This document shows positions 12,819-28,714 of a stretch of DNA of 64,000 bases, one piece after another. The stretch comes from the human T2T-CHM13v2.0 reference genome, Homo sapiens: the NCBI RefSeq assembly GCF_009914755.1, contig NC_060925.1; one strand, written 5' to 3'. How positions within the stretch are numbered: position 1 is the first letter of the stretch; the number at the start of each line of letters is the position of its first letter. The position numbers and the translations under genes were made by a program. The notes under the pieces are model-generated. The model was not told the origin of the DNA. It ran no database searches and was given only the letters and a program-made list of their open reading frames with translations.

Positions 12819-15098
12819 CAAAATACCATTGTCACATCTATGAAAATTAACCTTAATCCAATAATATCATCTAACAAACAGTTTACATTTACATCTCTCT
12901 ATAGCTCCCCAATATTTTTTTCTCATTTTCTCCTCACCTGTCATCCAGAATACAATGAAGTTTCATGCATGGAATTTGGTTATTCTATTTCTTTAGTCTC
13001 TTTCAATCTTAGGAGCATGCTGTGTCCAATACAGGAGCCAGTAGCCATGTGTGGTTATTTACATTTAAATTATATAAAATCAGCTGGGCTTGGTGGCTCC
13101 TGCCTGCAATCTCAGCTACTCAGGGAGGCTGAGGCAGGAGGATGGCTTGAGGTCAGGAGTTCGAGACCATAGCGAGATCCCATCTCTAAACAAATTTTTT
13201 AAAGTAATTAATTAAAATAAATAAATGTAAAGACCAGCTCATCTGTTGCCTAGCCACACTTCAAGTGCTTAGCAGCCATATTTGGCTAGCAGTTACTATA
13301 TTGAACAGCACAGACATAAACTAGTTTCATCATCACAGAAAGGTCTGTTGGACAGTACTGTCTATAACAATCCCTTGCCCTTTTTTTTTTGACTTTCTTT
13401 TTAGAGTCCATGCCAGTTGTCTTACAGGAAGTCGCATATCCTGGATTGTCTGTTTATTGCCTCAAGATTTGATTTAAGAAACATTTTGGGCAAGAGCCCC
13501 ACACAGAGGATGTGGTGTGCATCTTAGTATGTTGCTGATGTCAGGTAGCTATTAGTGATGCCTACACTATGAATTCAATGAACACTTGTTGAAGAAATGA
13601 TCTGGTGCCAGGCAATCTCCTAAGGACTTGGGAGCTTGACTTCAAATAGGAGAGAGACAGCTTATATAATCTCCAGAGCCTCCAACATTGTCCTAGGAGC
13701 AGAGTGGAAAAATGCTTTGTAACATGAAGGGAAGACTGAAGTGACATAGCAAATGGCCCAGCAGCAGCACAGAGGAGAGGGACAGACCCAGAGAAGGGTG
13801 AGGTCAAGAGGCTACAGCTGTTCCTCAGCCCCAACCCCCAGACTCACTTCGATGATCATAACTTTTTGGCTGTTGCTTTGGGGAGGGGCAGGCAGCTTGG
13901 TGAAATGCCTGTGACCCAGCTAAGCATTCAGCTGGAAGACTTCGCAGCAAGGTGCCCAAGGAAACCCTCAGGACAGAGAGGCTGGCAAGTTCAAAGGGCA
14001 GCCTGCCAGTCATTCCTCTGCTGGCCCGTGCCAAGGGTCTAGGCCAGATTTGGGCCTGGGAGTATCTAGGGAAAACATCAAACTATAGTTTTCACTGCCT
14101 TGGTTGTCACATTTGCCTCCTTCTGTGGCTACCCTCCTTCCACCCCAAATAAAGGCCAGGGAAAGAAGACAGGAAAAAAGTGAAAACTAAAGAGAAAATT
14201 TTGCTTCAGAGAACTGGTTGTGTGGTTCCCAACTGTCCATATGGCACAGGAAAGTCTCATCTGTGAAACAAAATAAAGTTCCCTTCCAACACAGACATGA
14301 CTGTTCTAATTTCCTATGTTATTTCAACTCTCTAGGAGGTGAGAAAAGCAGAAATTATTGCACCCATAGGCCATCCTTAGTTATCCACTGATAACCTGCC
14401 CCTCCTTGCCAAGAACTTGGAAGTAGCATTGTCCTCCCACCCCTCTCAAAGATAAACTGTGAAATCCACATGTAATGAGAGGTGCCCAGGCAGGAGGTGA
14501 CATTGACCCAAGGTATAAACACACCTAAAGAAGGAATGCACTGATCCAAAGAAAGGTCTCAGAGGCAAAGAAAGGAGACTCTGAAAGAATTCTGGCTTCA
14601 CTTCTTTGGGCTCTGTCTGGCAGAGGGACCAGAGTCTTACGAGAATATCTGGCCCTCTGTCAGGTATCCCTATTGTGCAGACTCATGCAGCCAAATATAA
14701 CAAGGCCTGGCGCCTGCTGGACTTTTGCGTTTTAAAACTAACTTCTCTATTAGGATTCCTGACTTTCCAGGTACTTTCTGATCATCTGCCTTCCCTTGTG
14801 GCTTGCTTCCAGGAGTGAATGTGCTGGTCAGGCTGACGTGTCCGTCCAGTCCACTGACCAGCTGGCATCTGGTCTTATGCACAGGCCTCTGGGGGTGTGT
14901 GGGTCTGGCAGCCTCCTTGAGTGGGATGACATCTGAATGGGACTAGGTTTCTGAGCCTCTGAGGATGCAGCTGGACTCAGGGTCATAGTTGGCTTAGCTT
15001 AGCCATGTCATAGCCTTCGCCCAGTGGAAGCCTAGCTGTGAAACAGGCTGGTCCTCCTCACTGCTCAGCGTTGTCCAGCTTCAGCTGCACCCATGTCA

Positions 15099-15478
<380 letters not shown>

Positions 15479-16591
15479 CTATCCACTTCTTCATTCCCCA
15501 GTTCCTTCATATTATTACCACCACTAATTCAACCCACATTTTATCATCATCATCATAAAAGCTTCTATTTGTCGAATCTTCTGTGTGCCTAACAACCCCA
15601 CAGAGAGGGCATTATTGTTCCATTTTGGGGACCAAAAGAGGCTAATTATGGCCACGAGCTGAGAGAGCTGGGATCCAAATCTATTACTATGTCTGTCTAC
15701 CTCTAATTACAACTATTTTTAAAAATTAAGCTGGGTGTGGGGATGAGGGAGGTTTCCCAGAAGAGTACAGCATCCTTAGCATGTTTTCTGAGTTTCCTCA
15801 TTCCAAAGGTGGAAAACAGGACCCCTACTTACTGAAGTAAAAAAAAAAAAAAAAAAAAGAATCTGCCCTGATTGGCGAAGGCAGCCTGGCAGTTGTGTCT
15901 GGTTGGAGAAGCAGGAGAAATTCTAGGTAAGCCCTGGGTCATCTCAGAGGATTCTGGCAGCCAGCTGTGACCCTGATACAGAAAAAAGATAACCTAGATG
16001 TTAAGCTAAGCGAGAGATATAGAATGTAGAAGCATGAGCAGAAGCATGAGTGGGCACATGATGGACTATTCTGGCTCCACAGGATGGGAGTTATGAGGGC
16101 GAGAGATCAGTGGCCTTGTTCTTGGCTTGGACGTGGGTCCCCTAAGAGCACTTCCGGCCATGGTGACATCTTTCCCCGCTACCTTCTTGAGCCTGTGTCG
16201 AAGGGTGGTTTGGTGTGTGGCCTGCCAATCACGAGACTGTAGTTAATATTCCGTCTTTGACACCTGGGGCAGGTCTTAAAGTTAACCTCTTAAAGCTTTA
16301 GTCTCCCTTTCCATGGACTTCGAATTCCTAAAAACCACATACTTTATTTCTGAGTAATTTGTGAAGTAGTTAACAATTTAGGTAATATGATTGAAAGTTA
16401 TGCGCATGACAGCCTGTGGCCGAGTAAAAGACAGATAAACATGTGGGTGTCCCAAGAAGGCCGCAATTTGGGGCTCTTCTAATGCAATGTTCTCTATACA
16501 ATTGTTCAACATTTTTTTCACTTAACATTTGAATATAATACAAAATATTTATGTTCAAAACAAGGACTGTATATCACATAAATATGACTAA

Positions 16592-16907
<316 letters not shown>

Positions 16908-18999
16908 AGGACAGAACATTTAAACTTATTTGGATGTGTTTTTCATTTAACTTAAAAAAATCACCAATGACTAGATAATATTAGTCATTCATACTTAACT
17001 AAACATAAATATGACTGTAAAGTCTTTGAAATTATTTTTAAACATTCTTTTTTGGTTGGCCAAGCTGTCTTCACTTTTCTGCAATTTCTTTTTTTTTCTT
17101 GAGTTATTAAGATTTTTGTGTTTTTGAAAAGAGAGTCTCACCAAATTGCCCAGACTAGACTTGAACTCCTGAGCTCAACTGATCCTCCGGCCTCAGCCTC
17201 CTGGGTAGCTGGGACTATAAGCTCATACCACCATGCCTGGCTGTAGAGTTTTTTTTTTGTTTTGTTTCTAATCATTCAAGCCAGACATTTTCATGGGTGC
17301 CATATTAAAATATTTCATATTTAGATAATGTAATAAAAATACAGTACAGTAAACAGCATTATACTATGCATTATTCGGTTTCTGAAGTTTAGCTAAAGGA
17401 GACAACTAAGTTCAGGAGACTGTCAGCTGACTGACCTCTGAATTGGTAGTGCTGCCTGTAATTATGTTATAAAAATACCATCAGAGATAGGCTGGCGCCT
17501 TGGAGCCATGACTTTAAATGTCCATTGGAAGATACTATTTCAGTAAACAATTAACATTTTGCAGTCATGTATAGTGTCTCATAAGCAAAACTGAGATAAC
17601 AGGCACCCATTTTTCTGATCGTTTTAGCAATGTTTTATATTCCTTATAAAGGGGCACCATGGCCAGCCATTTCATCTGGCTCCAGGAATAGAAGGCACGC
17701 ACTGGGCTAAGGAACCTGGGTGTGAATATATGACCTGGGGCAAGACATTTAACTTTTCTCTGAGCCTCAGTTTTTCTCTTGCAAAATGGCAATAATATCT
17801 ATCTCATAGCGTTATTAGAGAAAACATTGATGTTACAAATGAGTCTATCACTTAAAAGTATATGTATAGTATACTATATAGTGAAACACTATATAAATAA
17901 TAATTAACAAGCAATTATCCTCTTTCCATTAACCTTTACTAGCCTTATAAACATTGCTTTGAAGAGTTAGTACTGGAGCACAGGCTGTGATAAAAGGCAG
18001 ATTTTTGAGACTGGCAAATGTTCTGCAACCAGTATCTGCTCAATACTTTTGTGACATATCCCATGGGGGCATGTCCTGGGTGGGCAGTGGTTCCCGACAC
18101 AGGCTTTGTAGTCAGAGATACCTCAGTGGGGCTGTGCTCTGACTCTGCCTTTCTGTATCTGCCATCTCAGAAAAACTGCTTTGTCACAAATACGTGCGTC
18201 TCATAAGGTTGTGCTATCAACGTCTGCGCTCCCAACTCCAGTCATACAGAGCTATTTGCAGTTCCCAAAAGCATCAGGCTTACTTCCTTGCTCAGCTCCT
18301 GGTTCCCTCTGCAGGACGGCTCTTTCTCCTATTTTCTGCTAGGCTAACTCCTATTCTTCTCAGCTTCCTCCAGGATGTCCCTGACTCCCAAGCCTTGATC
18401 AGGTGCCCTTTTCATTGGCCCGCTCCCTTATCCACCCTGAATTTATCCCATGGCCAGCGTACTGACATGACCTAGTCACTGGCCTTCGTCCCTCCCACAC
18501 TGTAGTATTGATTAGGATTTTTGGGTTTAGTATATACCAGGCACGGAGCTTAGTGCTTTGTTTATTATCTCACTGAGGTCTCATAATGATCCTATGAAAT
18601 AAGTATTAGTACTGATGAGGAAACTGAAGCTCAGAAAGGGTGAATGATTTGCCCAGGGTTATACAAATACAGGCAGAAGAGCTGGGATTTGAACCAAGGC
18701 CCATCTGACTCCAAACCCTTTGCAGTCAGTCTATTATAAGTTTCTAAGGGCTTAAAGGTGAACGGTGAAGACACACAGGAAATACTCAACAAATAAGAGC
18801 CGTCATTATTTTGACCCAGATTGTAAGCCTCGGTAGGGAGGGAATCTTAACCCATAAATGCTTGGACCCATAGCACAATCCCCCAACAGAGGCTGAGTTA
18901 ACACATGGAGACCAGAGTACAACCTCCTCGAGAGCAAGGACCCTGCATCTAGCTTCTTGAGTGTGTCCCCGTGCACCAGTTTCTCAATAAATGCCTGTT

Positions 19000-19634
<635 letters not shown>

Positions 19635-19764
19635 GAGATGTTTCATTTCTTGTCACACTTTGGCCCCTTTCTACTCCTAATTGAGGAGAGGGTAAGGCCT
19701 ACAGAGGGGCCCAAGACAACAGTTGAAGCTGCTTTTTGATGAGACATACAGGAAACACCAACCA

Positions 19765-22204
19765 TCTAAATAAACGTCCTCTTTATTTTACCAAATATAA
19801 TTTATCAGTTAAGTTGACATTTGTCAATTCAGTTATAGTAACTATAAATAATTCTCTTAAGACACAGTTCTGTAACTTTTTAAGGATACGAGAGTAAACC
19901 AATATTGCTCCTTGCAGCCAGGCCAAAAGTACATGCAGTTGGTACAATCGGGGAAAAGAAATGAAACTTCCATGAAAGTCACCTTCATTTTCTTTCCCTC
20001 TCACCCTACAGTCCTCCTCTGCTCACTCAGGGCCTGGGGCATGCCTATCTGTCTGCTTTTTAGGCAAAGGAGGTCACTCCAGAGTCTTCTGGGACTGCCT
20101 GGCCAAATTCCAGAGATGAGGAAGGGGCGAGTGACTGGGGTAGGGGTGGCTGGAGACCACAGGGACACAGCCTTAGGGGCAGAGGAGTTGGTTTTGATGC
20201 CTGTACAAGAAGAATCTGTGTGTAAGTATTTTTTGAGGTGGAGGAAAAGATGAAAAAAGTCCAGAGGGAGGAGGAAAAACAAGCCCAGGCTGGTGTTAAT
20301 GAATTCTGTTGGACACAACTCCAACTAGAAAACCTCTAAAATTCCTTCCAATTCTACGGTTCTATGATTCCAGAAGGAGGCCTGGAGGTCTGGGTAGAAA
20401 TGGAGGGAGAGAAAATATGGTCTCTGGAGGTCTAGGGCAGGTTCCTGGGATAAGGTGCAGTGTTGGTAGAAACAGGATCATTGCCTAAGCCTTCCCTTGG
20501 AGGTGGGCCCTTGAGGCTACAGATGGAAGGGTTTCTGTAGAAGCTTCTGAGAGAGAAGTTAGAAAAAGCCTACATCCAAATCCCCAGATCTGTACACGTG
20601 TGACTGCGGATGGAGGCTCCAGTTTTCTCCCAATTTTGTGCTAGGCAGAGAAAAGTAGAAACAACCAGATGATGTCCACCCTGCTAGTTCTAAATCCTCT
20701 TTTGGGTGCTTGGTAAGGAGAGGTGGAGGGAAGGGAATGTGAGGAAGGGTCGTTTAGGGAAATAAATACTGGTTGAGCAATGGGGCGGTGGCTCTAGCTG
20801 TGGTCAGCACTGCACAGAGTAGGGGTCTGGAAAGGAGAAAGAGGCAGAAGAATCTGGCTTGAAGTAGATGCAAATACTTACAACGAGGAAACTTTCTCTG
20901 CCAGATTCAAAGGGGCACATGGCCTTTGTAACCTGGAGAATGAGGTGAGGTTAGAGCTGTGTTTCCCTTACCACTGGCTTATCAGTGCCTGGCACAGTAC
21001 CTAACACATAGTAGGCACTCAATAAATATTGCTCAAAGAATGTTTCAGACCATGCTTGTCTGCAGGAGAGCTCATCTTGCGGAGGCTGCATATTTGCTAA
21101 ATGAACGAATAAATGATTGGTGAATGTTTGTGGGTAGAAGCCAAGAAAGAGGAAAACTGACCTCTATGGCATGACAGAACGAGTAATTTTAGGAAGTGAC
21201 AGGGTCCAAGGTGACCAAGTGATTATGTCCTCAGGAGAAATGGCAGCAATGAGACACCTGTGGTTGTCCTCAACCTCCAAACCATTCTCCACATACCCAT
21301 GACCTGACCCTAATCTCAAAACCCAACCTGGCAAGCTCTGGGGAAGGTAGTGCTTAGAGACAATTTGAGATGAAGGTTGAAGAGAGACAAAGAATCTGGG
21401 CCCAGGGAGACAAAGTCATCTGGGCCCAGGGAGAATGTGGATTTTGGGGAACCAATAGGTGGACATGGGTCAACAGGGAGAAGAGTGCACTGTTCCATTT
21501 TTTCCTGGATATGACAATCAACTGGAAATGATCAGAGGGAGGGGTTGTTGATGTTGACCAGGCCATTGAACAAGAGGCATGTGCACAAATTGAAAAGTCA
21601 GTCCACCTTACTCTTTCTGCGAGTGGGAACGCTTAGGTCCAGAGGGCAAGAGAACAGAACTGGGATCACAGGGGCCTGGAGCAGGTGTCTCCTGTCCAGA
21701 GCTTTGAAGTTGGTCCACTTCTACAAAAGTATGTCTGTGTTTGGGAGTGTTACTTATTCTTCTGTCCCTCTGTTCAACCAAAACCAAAAATAAAACAAAA
21801 CAGATAAAAAGAAAACAAAACCAAAAATCCAGAGCCCACTTACAAAGGGTTTCTCATTAGGGCCAAGACAGGTTGCTAAAGCCAAACCCCATGTCCCCAG
21901 ATTCCAGACAAAACTCCCCTGCTCCAGTCCACATCACCTGGAGGCACCCACCATGAAACTGCACTTGGTGATTGTCTCAAAAACCTACTTGTACTGCTTA
22001 TCTCAGGCCATCTGTGTTTCCCAAATTCTTGCTATACAAACTTGGCTCAATGTATAAAAATTCCCATTGAAAATAATGAGAATTTGGTATCAAAGTGAAG
22101 TCCTAGAAAGAGGTGGGAGTGTGGGGTGGAGGAGGGACAGGGGAACAAAAGAAAAATTTCAAATAGAAAGTGCAGAGGGATGGGGAAAATGTTGAGTGAC
22201 CAAG
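19765..22204 (-). other. SLC41A1: SLC41A1 3' UTR (about 2.4 kb)
   Basis: Between the stop codon and the AATAAA. Confidence 0.75.
19782..19787 (-). terminator. SLC41A1: SLC41A1 polyadenylation signal AATAAA
   Basis: tttatt on + strand, followed on the minus strand by a GT-rich downstream element. Confidence 0.75.
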
Positions 22205-22390
22205 CTAGTCCCCGACATCCGTGTCTCGGTCCCCTATGAGCCAGAGAACATGGAAGCTGAGTGCTAGGAGCCCAGTGCCAAGCAGGTCCCCCAGAGCAGT
22301 CAAGTATGGGATGGAGAAGTTGTCCGGGTCCAGGCCCCGGCCCCACATCCAGTGCACCATCCAGTCTGCGATGTACAGGAGAATCAGCAC
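22205..22390 (-). CDS. SLC41A1: SLC41A1 last coding exon (186 nt, [10 protein letters not shown]...DPDN...GDLLG...DVGD*)
   Basis: Second MgtE-repeat PDN/GD motif; cag acceptor; TAG at 22205-22207. Confidence 0.97.
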   Translation of the reverse strand: MLILLYIADWMVHWMWGRGLDPDNFSIPYLTALGDLLGTGLLALSFHVLWLIGDRDTDVGD

Positions 22391-25300
22391 CTGGGGAGAC
22401 AAAAGGGCCCAGCCTATAGCCATCCTCTCTCTCCAGGGGGAGCCAGAGGCCACATGATCAGACCCATTCAGTGCATCACAGGGCTTGGCTGGCCATAATC
22501 CTTACTTTTTAATCTTCCTCTTTCCACCCCAGCAACCTCTCTGTGTTTCTCCACCCCACAATTACCACTTTGAGCAGACAACAGGCACAATAAGAGCTCT
22601 TTAGAAAGGAAGATGCTGCTACGACCCAGGGTCACCCACATCAGCATTATATTCTGCTCCCAAGTTTACCAAACAAGGAGCTTCCTGACCTAAATCCTAC
22701 TTGTTGCAGAAACTCAGCCCTCTTGCCTCTAACTCTGGGTCACCTCATTCTGGGGTCACTCCAATTCCTGCCATGTTGGCCTTTCCAGGAGCATGGCAGG
22801 GGGCTGGCTGCTGGAGTCAGCTTTTCCTAAAGGGATGTCTTCTCTCGGCAGAGTGGTATAAGGATAGTGTTTGAAGCTGCTGCTGGCGGTTGTCTTAAGT
22901 AACAGATGATCATCCCAAGCTGGCTTCCTCCTGACCCTTTTCATTCTGTTGTTGTGGCTTTTCATTCCATTCTTTTCCATTGTTTGGGCTCAAAGAATGC
23001 AAGTTTATTTTAACATTAGTCCTAATAAAGTTGAATTGTGAATAAGTCACCTCAATATTAATATAAAGCAGACAATGCATACCAATTCAAAATACATTTG
23101 ACATGATCTGTGGCTTTGATTTTATCTGTGTTCTTGCTTACCTTCTATTAATACAGATAATTAAGAATGACTCAGATCAGAATCTCGCTAGTGGGCCCAG
23201 GACCAGCAGCATCAACAACAGCTGGGTGCTTGTTAGAAATGCAAAATCTCTGGACCTCTTGAGTCAGAGTCCGCATTTAACAAGATTTACATGCGCTTTT
23301 AAGTTGGCGATGCCCTTGATCTAGAATACCACGGTGGGGCAGGCCTGAATCTCCTAGAATCTGCACAGTGCCTGACATTTGGGCTCCCTAAATGACTGCA
23401 TCTGCGTGAGAATGAAACAGATTCTGACGGTCAAGCTCTAATACAGTCAGTCATCTGGGAGGTTTTACCCTTGACTATACTTTGTAAATACTGTGGTATG
23501 AAAATTCTGCCCTAAGGGATCCAGATGCGGGAACCACAGCCCTTAAGGGATCCAGAAGCCAGAACTGATACCTATTTTTAGGCAATCTTGGTTGCTCTCC
23601 TGTCCTCTCTCTTTTTTTTTTTTTAAATTTTAGGCTCTGCCTGAGAGAATCCTGCCCTCTCTCCAAGGAAGCCAGAGATGACGCTTCACATTCTCCCTTG
23701 CTCTGCACACAGCTGTCTTGTGCTACCACGGCCTTGGCTCCCCTACCTTCCATAACTTCACACCCTTTCCAGCAGCTGCAGAAGGGTCCCAAATAAAGAG
23801 CATGGCCAGGAGGCCTTTGGGACATGCCCTAGGAAGGGAATGGTAGCAGCTGTCCTCACATTCCAGCTTCTTGAGCAGGCCCCAGGACACACAGCTGGGA
23901 GGAGGTGGCAAAGGGATCAATAAGAGCCTTTACAGGGGATCAAGTGTCACGCTCTGGCCCTCCACAGATCTAGAGAGGACAGCAGAGGCAAGAATGTCTC
24001 CAGGGTATTCATCATGGGTGATGGCACTGAGGCTCATCCTTTCCAATTCAGGCCAAGGGATGAGCTGAAAACCTCCACCACAGACCCCTGGCATATCCAC
24101 CCCCATCTTCCCACCACGTGCTGCACTGGAACCCACTAGCAATGGAATGTGGCAGCTTGGCTAACTGCTGCAGGGCAACAGCATATGGCTGATTCTCAGC
24201 CCCGCCCCTGCCAAGATGTCCGAACACAACCTTTCTAAAGCTGGGGGTGAGGGGGCTGGAGGGATAGGTGTTAATCAATACAGGACTGGCGAAATAAAAT
24301 TATGGTCTGTGTATCACAGAATATGATGGAGCTGTAAGAAAATCAGGGTGTTGTTCTCTTTATGTATTGATATGGAATGATCTCAAAGATAAACTTAAAT
24401 GAAAAATGCAGGGTGCAGACAGTGTGTACAGTATACTACATGTGTGTAAAAAAGAGGAAGGAAATAAGAAAAATATATGTTTACTTTTACAAATATAGAA
24501 TAGGTTTGAAGGACACACAAGAAAGGGATAATACTGATGGTCTGTGAAGGAGAGAAACAGATGGCTGTGAAGAAGAGGACAGAAAAGAAGACTTTTCACT
24601 GAGGTTTCTCTATGAACCTTAAAACATTTTTGAACTATGTGACTATTCAAAAATCAAACCTATAAAAATTTAAAATGTAATAATAAGGGTGGATCTAGCT
24701 GTAAAGGGATAGCATAAGGGAGCCTTGTGGTGATGAAACAGTTTTCTGTATTTTGGTTATAGTGGTGGTCACACAAATCTCCACTTGTGATAAAAACTGC
24801 ATAGAACGAACACACACGCACACACACACACATGAGTGCATGTAAAACTGGTTCAATCTGAATAAGCACTGCAGATTGCATCAATGCTAATTTCCTGATT
24901 TTGATACTGTCCTAAAGTTATGCAAAATGTTATTTTCCCATGGAGGGAAATTGGGTAATGGTATATGGGATTTCTGAACCTTTTTTTTGAGAACTTCTTA
25001 CAAATCTGTAATGATTTCAAAATAAAAAGCTTTTACAATGTAATAATACAAGAAGGGAGAAAGTGTCATGGTATTATGGAATGGCAAGGCTACACAGGAT
25101 CCGACAGATTATCTAGTGCAGTGGTTTTGACAGTTTTTCAAGCTATGGGATGCTTTATGCAAATGAATTTCTTGAGAAAGCTCAACATGCAAAACAGAGC
25201 CATGTGGAGCTCTGTGGCCAGTGGGGTTGGCATGCAAACCCCACAGGCTCAGCATCCTACAACCACCTGCATGAAAACTACCACCCCTGGTCCATTCCTC

Positions 25301-25543
25301 TCAATTTACAACTGTATCGCTGAGGATCAGGGTAGTAAAAGAACAGGGTCAAAGTCACACACCATGTTGGTGACTCTACTGGAACTACCATCTGTTCTCC
25401 TGCACCCTTGTCTGGTGTTTATCAGCTGCCCTGACACAGAGAAAGAGGAGGTTGAGTGTCTAAGAGGCCAAGTCTGGCCTCCTCTCCCATCCCTGCAGGG
25501 CATCCTGGCTCCTTCCCATGCCCCTGCTCCTGCCACTTTGTAC

Positions 25544-25692
25544 CTGGAGCAGTGCAGCTGTCATATAGAAGATGATGAAGATGAGTGTGAGGGTGGTGTG
25601 CCCGCCCTGCATACAGCTGATGGTGTAGAGGAACACCAGGTGTCCTGGGACCACGAGGAGGAAGAGGACCCGGGCTGAGCGAGAATTCACAT
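25544..25692 (-). CDS. SLC41A1: SLC41A1 coding exon 9 (149 nt)
   Basis: [18 protein letters not shown]...AALLQ; AG/GT boundaries in frame. Confidence 0.95.
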
Positions 25693-26017
25693 CTGGAATT
25701 GGGGAAAAGAGGGTGTAAAGAGGAGGGGAGGAGAAGACCTGGCCCCAGAAGGCCTTTCAAAGTCAGGAGGGACGGCACCATACCCCAGGGCAACAGACAG
25801 ATGAATGTCTCTACTTCTGCATCCTGTGGTCTCCAACCCCTAGGGTGCTCCAGGAAAAGACAGCCCTCCTGCCTGGGCTCTGCCCTTCAGAACAGCTGGC
25901 ACAGCCCAGCAGAGAAGGAGAACCTGTGGATCTGGGGCCCCAGCTGTCTCTTAAGTGAAGCTCACTGACAGTAGGCCCACTCCCCCCAGGGCTGGGAGGC
26001 TGGGAATCTGCCGTTAC

Positions 26018-26152
26018 CAGGGCTGAAGAAGGTGGTACAAGGACTGGGACAGCGGCGAGGAGCTTGCTCAGAGTTCTCTCCGGGCATTCCATTCATGTGC
26101 AGGAAGGTGGAGATGCGGCTGGCCTGCACTGCCACCAGATTGCCCCCAACAC
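26018..26152 (-). CDS. SLC41A1: SLC41A1 coding exon 8 (135 nt)
   Basis: [18 protein letters not shown]; AG/GT boundaries. Confidence 0.96.
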
Positions 26153-26953
26153 CTGCAGAGACACATACGGGCTTAGACACAGACAAAGGTCAGAGGGAGG
26201 AGTGGGAACAAAATGATCTTCTCACTCTTTGTCTTCTATCTATAGAGGCACTGTCCTCTGTCTTAATTTAGGGTCTATGTGGGCATCACCCATTCACCAG
26301 TCCCCAAAAGAAGAGTAAGGCACTAAGAAGGAAGACAAAGACCCCTGCTTCCAGTGCATCTTCCAGCCTCCCCCATCCTCCCCTCTATGGAGATGCAGCA
26401 GTTCCATGTTCCCCTGGCAAAGCTGTGACAGTGCCGGAAAGGATACGTGCAGATCTGCAGACTCAGAGAGCCTGACTTCTCCACCAGTAGAGCATGGGCA
26501 CCTGCCTTCCTACACAGCTGAGGGGATGAAGCCCTGCCTTGCCTCACCTCCTCTCCAATGCTCTGAGCAGACCCAGGCATCCTATGGTCATATGCTGATT
26601 CTGGTAACCAGTTTCAAGGATCAGGTTTGAGCTCCAAACTCTGGAATCTGGTATCTCCGCCAGGACCTGTGCTGATTTCTCTGTTGCCCTCACATCCCAA
26701 CCTGCTCCCTGCTCTTCTCAGCCTTGCTCTGAGCTCTGGGGGACTGGTCTCCACAGACTGCATTACCCAGTCTCCCTTGCTGGCTGCTTCCACTGTTTGT
26801 TCAGTGGGAGGCAACAGCAGGCAACCAGAGGGCAGGTGGAGAGAGAGATCAGGTATTTCTTTCCCAATCCCTCCCTGCTTTTCAGCATTGGCTTCCCCAT
26901 GTTGGGGGCAAAGACAGAGCTTTCACTGGACTCCTATAATGCTATTCCCTCGT

Positions 26954-27336
26954 TACTATGGTTTGAATATAGTTTGTCCCCAACAAAACTCATGTTGTGG
27001 CTTGGTCCCCAAATGTGGTGGTGGGAGGTGGTGCCTTTAAGAGTGAATAGGTTATTAAGATGGATTAATGTCTTTCTTGGGAAAGGTATAGTTCCCATGA
27101 GAGTGGGTTGTCATAAAGCGAGGTTTGCCTCTTGTTTTGCCCATTTTGCACATGCCCAGTTTTCCTTCTGTTTCTCCATTTGGATGTTTGGATGCAGCAT
27201 GAGGCCCTCACTAGAAGCAGCTGCTCAATCTTGAACTTCCCAGCTTCCAGAACTGTGAGCTAAATAAACTTCTTTTCGTTATAAATTAGCCAGTTTCAAG
27301 TATTCTGTTCTAGCAACAGATAATGGACTAAGATAC
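26954..27336 (+). mobile_element. MaLR solo LTR (MST-like)
   Basis: ctatggtttgaat start and tagcaacagataatggactaagata end, typical of MST LTRs. Confidence 0.75.
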
Positions 27337-27587
27337 TCCCCTTGACCCTTTAGGAGTAGAGGCTTCCCATTGCTGCTAATCTCTCGGTGCCTCAACATCC
27401 CTTATCTGTCCTTTTACTCTGCTCCCACCTCTGTAAGCAGTCCCTTCATTAAGGTCTTGAACCATCTGAGCTAGATTCTCGTCTGCTGGAACCCTGACTG
27501 ATACAGAAACCAACCCCTTAAGTCCTCTTCTCCTGTCCCTTTCCTTCCCCCAGCCCTGCCCTCTGATAGCTGATGCCCAGACCTCAC

Positions 27588-27667
27588 CATTAATCACAGG
27601 CGTGAAGACAGCCATCCCAGCAAAGTTGGGGTCTGAGACAGTCTTGTCCAAGATGAGGCCTCCCACA
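27588..27667 (-). CDS. SLC41A1: SLC41A1 coding exon 7 (80 nt)
   Basis: [26 protein letters not shown]; tag/GTGAG boundaries. Confidence 0.96.
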
Positions 27668-28566
27668 CTATAGAGACATAAAGACAAAATGACGCAAGAC
27701 CACTGAAGGGTTCTGCCTTAGTCTCTGGGATGAGAGGTCCAGGCCCACCTATCCTTGGAGATGAAGGGAAGCACCATGGCTCTCAGGAGTTCCTCACCAT
27801 CCAGTCCTTGCCTCCCTTGACAGGATTAGGTGCTGCTCATAACATTCTGACTGGGCACAGTGACTCCAGAACAAGCTGGTGGTACTGGGTCAGGCAACCA
27901 CCTCCTGTACCTGCCCTCTAAGTTGGCCGGAGGAGCAGCCTGCAGGACTATCTGCCTCTGAGGACCTCTGTTGTTCTGCCCACTCAGCATTTACTTCCCT
28001 TTCTGGTGATAGCACTGGGCTCCTCCACAGGGAACCACCTCTCTCAAGCTCAGTGACTGTGGCTCAGGTGACAATGCCTCAATGATAGCTAGGCTCCAGG
28101 TCCATCCAATCAGAGGATTGCAGCCCCAAGGCCACGCTGACTGGTTTGGAGATAATCATGTCACCAGATGAGAAGCAGTGGAACTCTATTCTGGGACTTT
28201 GTGGAACTGTTGGGGGAAGAATCTCTCTTCCCACTGGAATTTGTAGGAGTAAGAAAAGCATAAACCTGGGCTGTAGGCCATGACAGAGAAGAGCAGAGCT
28301 AAGAGTCACAGAGTACTGGGGCCCTGATCTTAGGTATGTCGCTGAATTCAGCTGTGCCTTTTTGGTTCTCCAGGCCAATACATTCTGCCTTGGAATGAAA
28401 CCCAGTTCAGATGGTTTCTGTCATTTTCAACAGAAGGACATGTGACTGAAACACTAATGAACACATTTCTAGGGTCTGACCCCCACCCCATCTCTCCAGG
28501 GTTTAAAAAGAAGTCTGTGGAAGGGTTGGAGTGGGGTAGGAGTGGATACTCAGGGCCCCAGCCTAC

Positions 28567-28714
28567 CTGCTGATGGCCATGGCAATGATAACAGGCTCCC
28601 AGCCCGAGTACAACACCTCCCTTGTGGCTGGACTTCGTCGGGCCAGCACCACCCAGACAGGCAGCAGGGCCACAAAGAAAGCACACACCAGTGGGTAGAT
28701 GTATCGCCAGTGAT
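28567..28714 (-). CDS. SLC41A1: SLC41A1 coding exon 6 (148 nt)
   Basis: [20 protein letters not shown]...[12 protein letters not shown]; AG/GT boundaries. Confidence 0.95.

Noticed and set aside
24965-25678. 237-aa + strand ORF
   Set aside because: Starts in an L1 remnant and runs antisense across an SLC41A1 exon; no coherent protein signature
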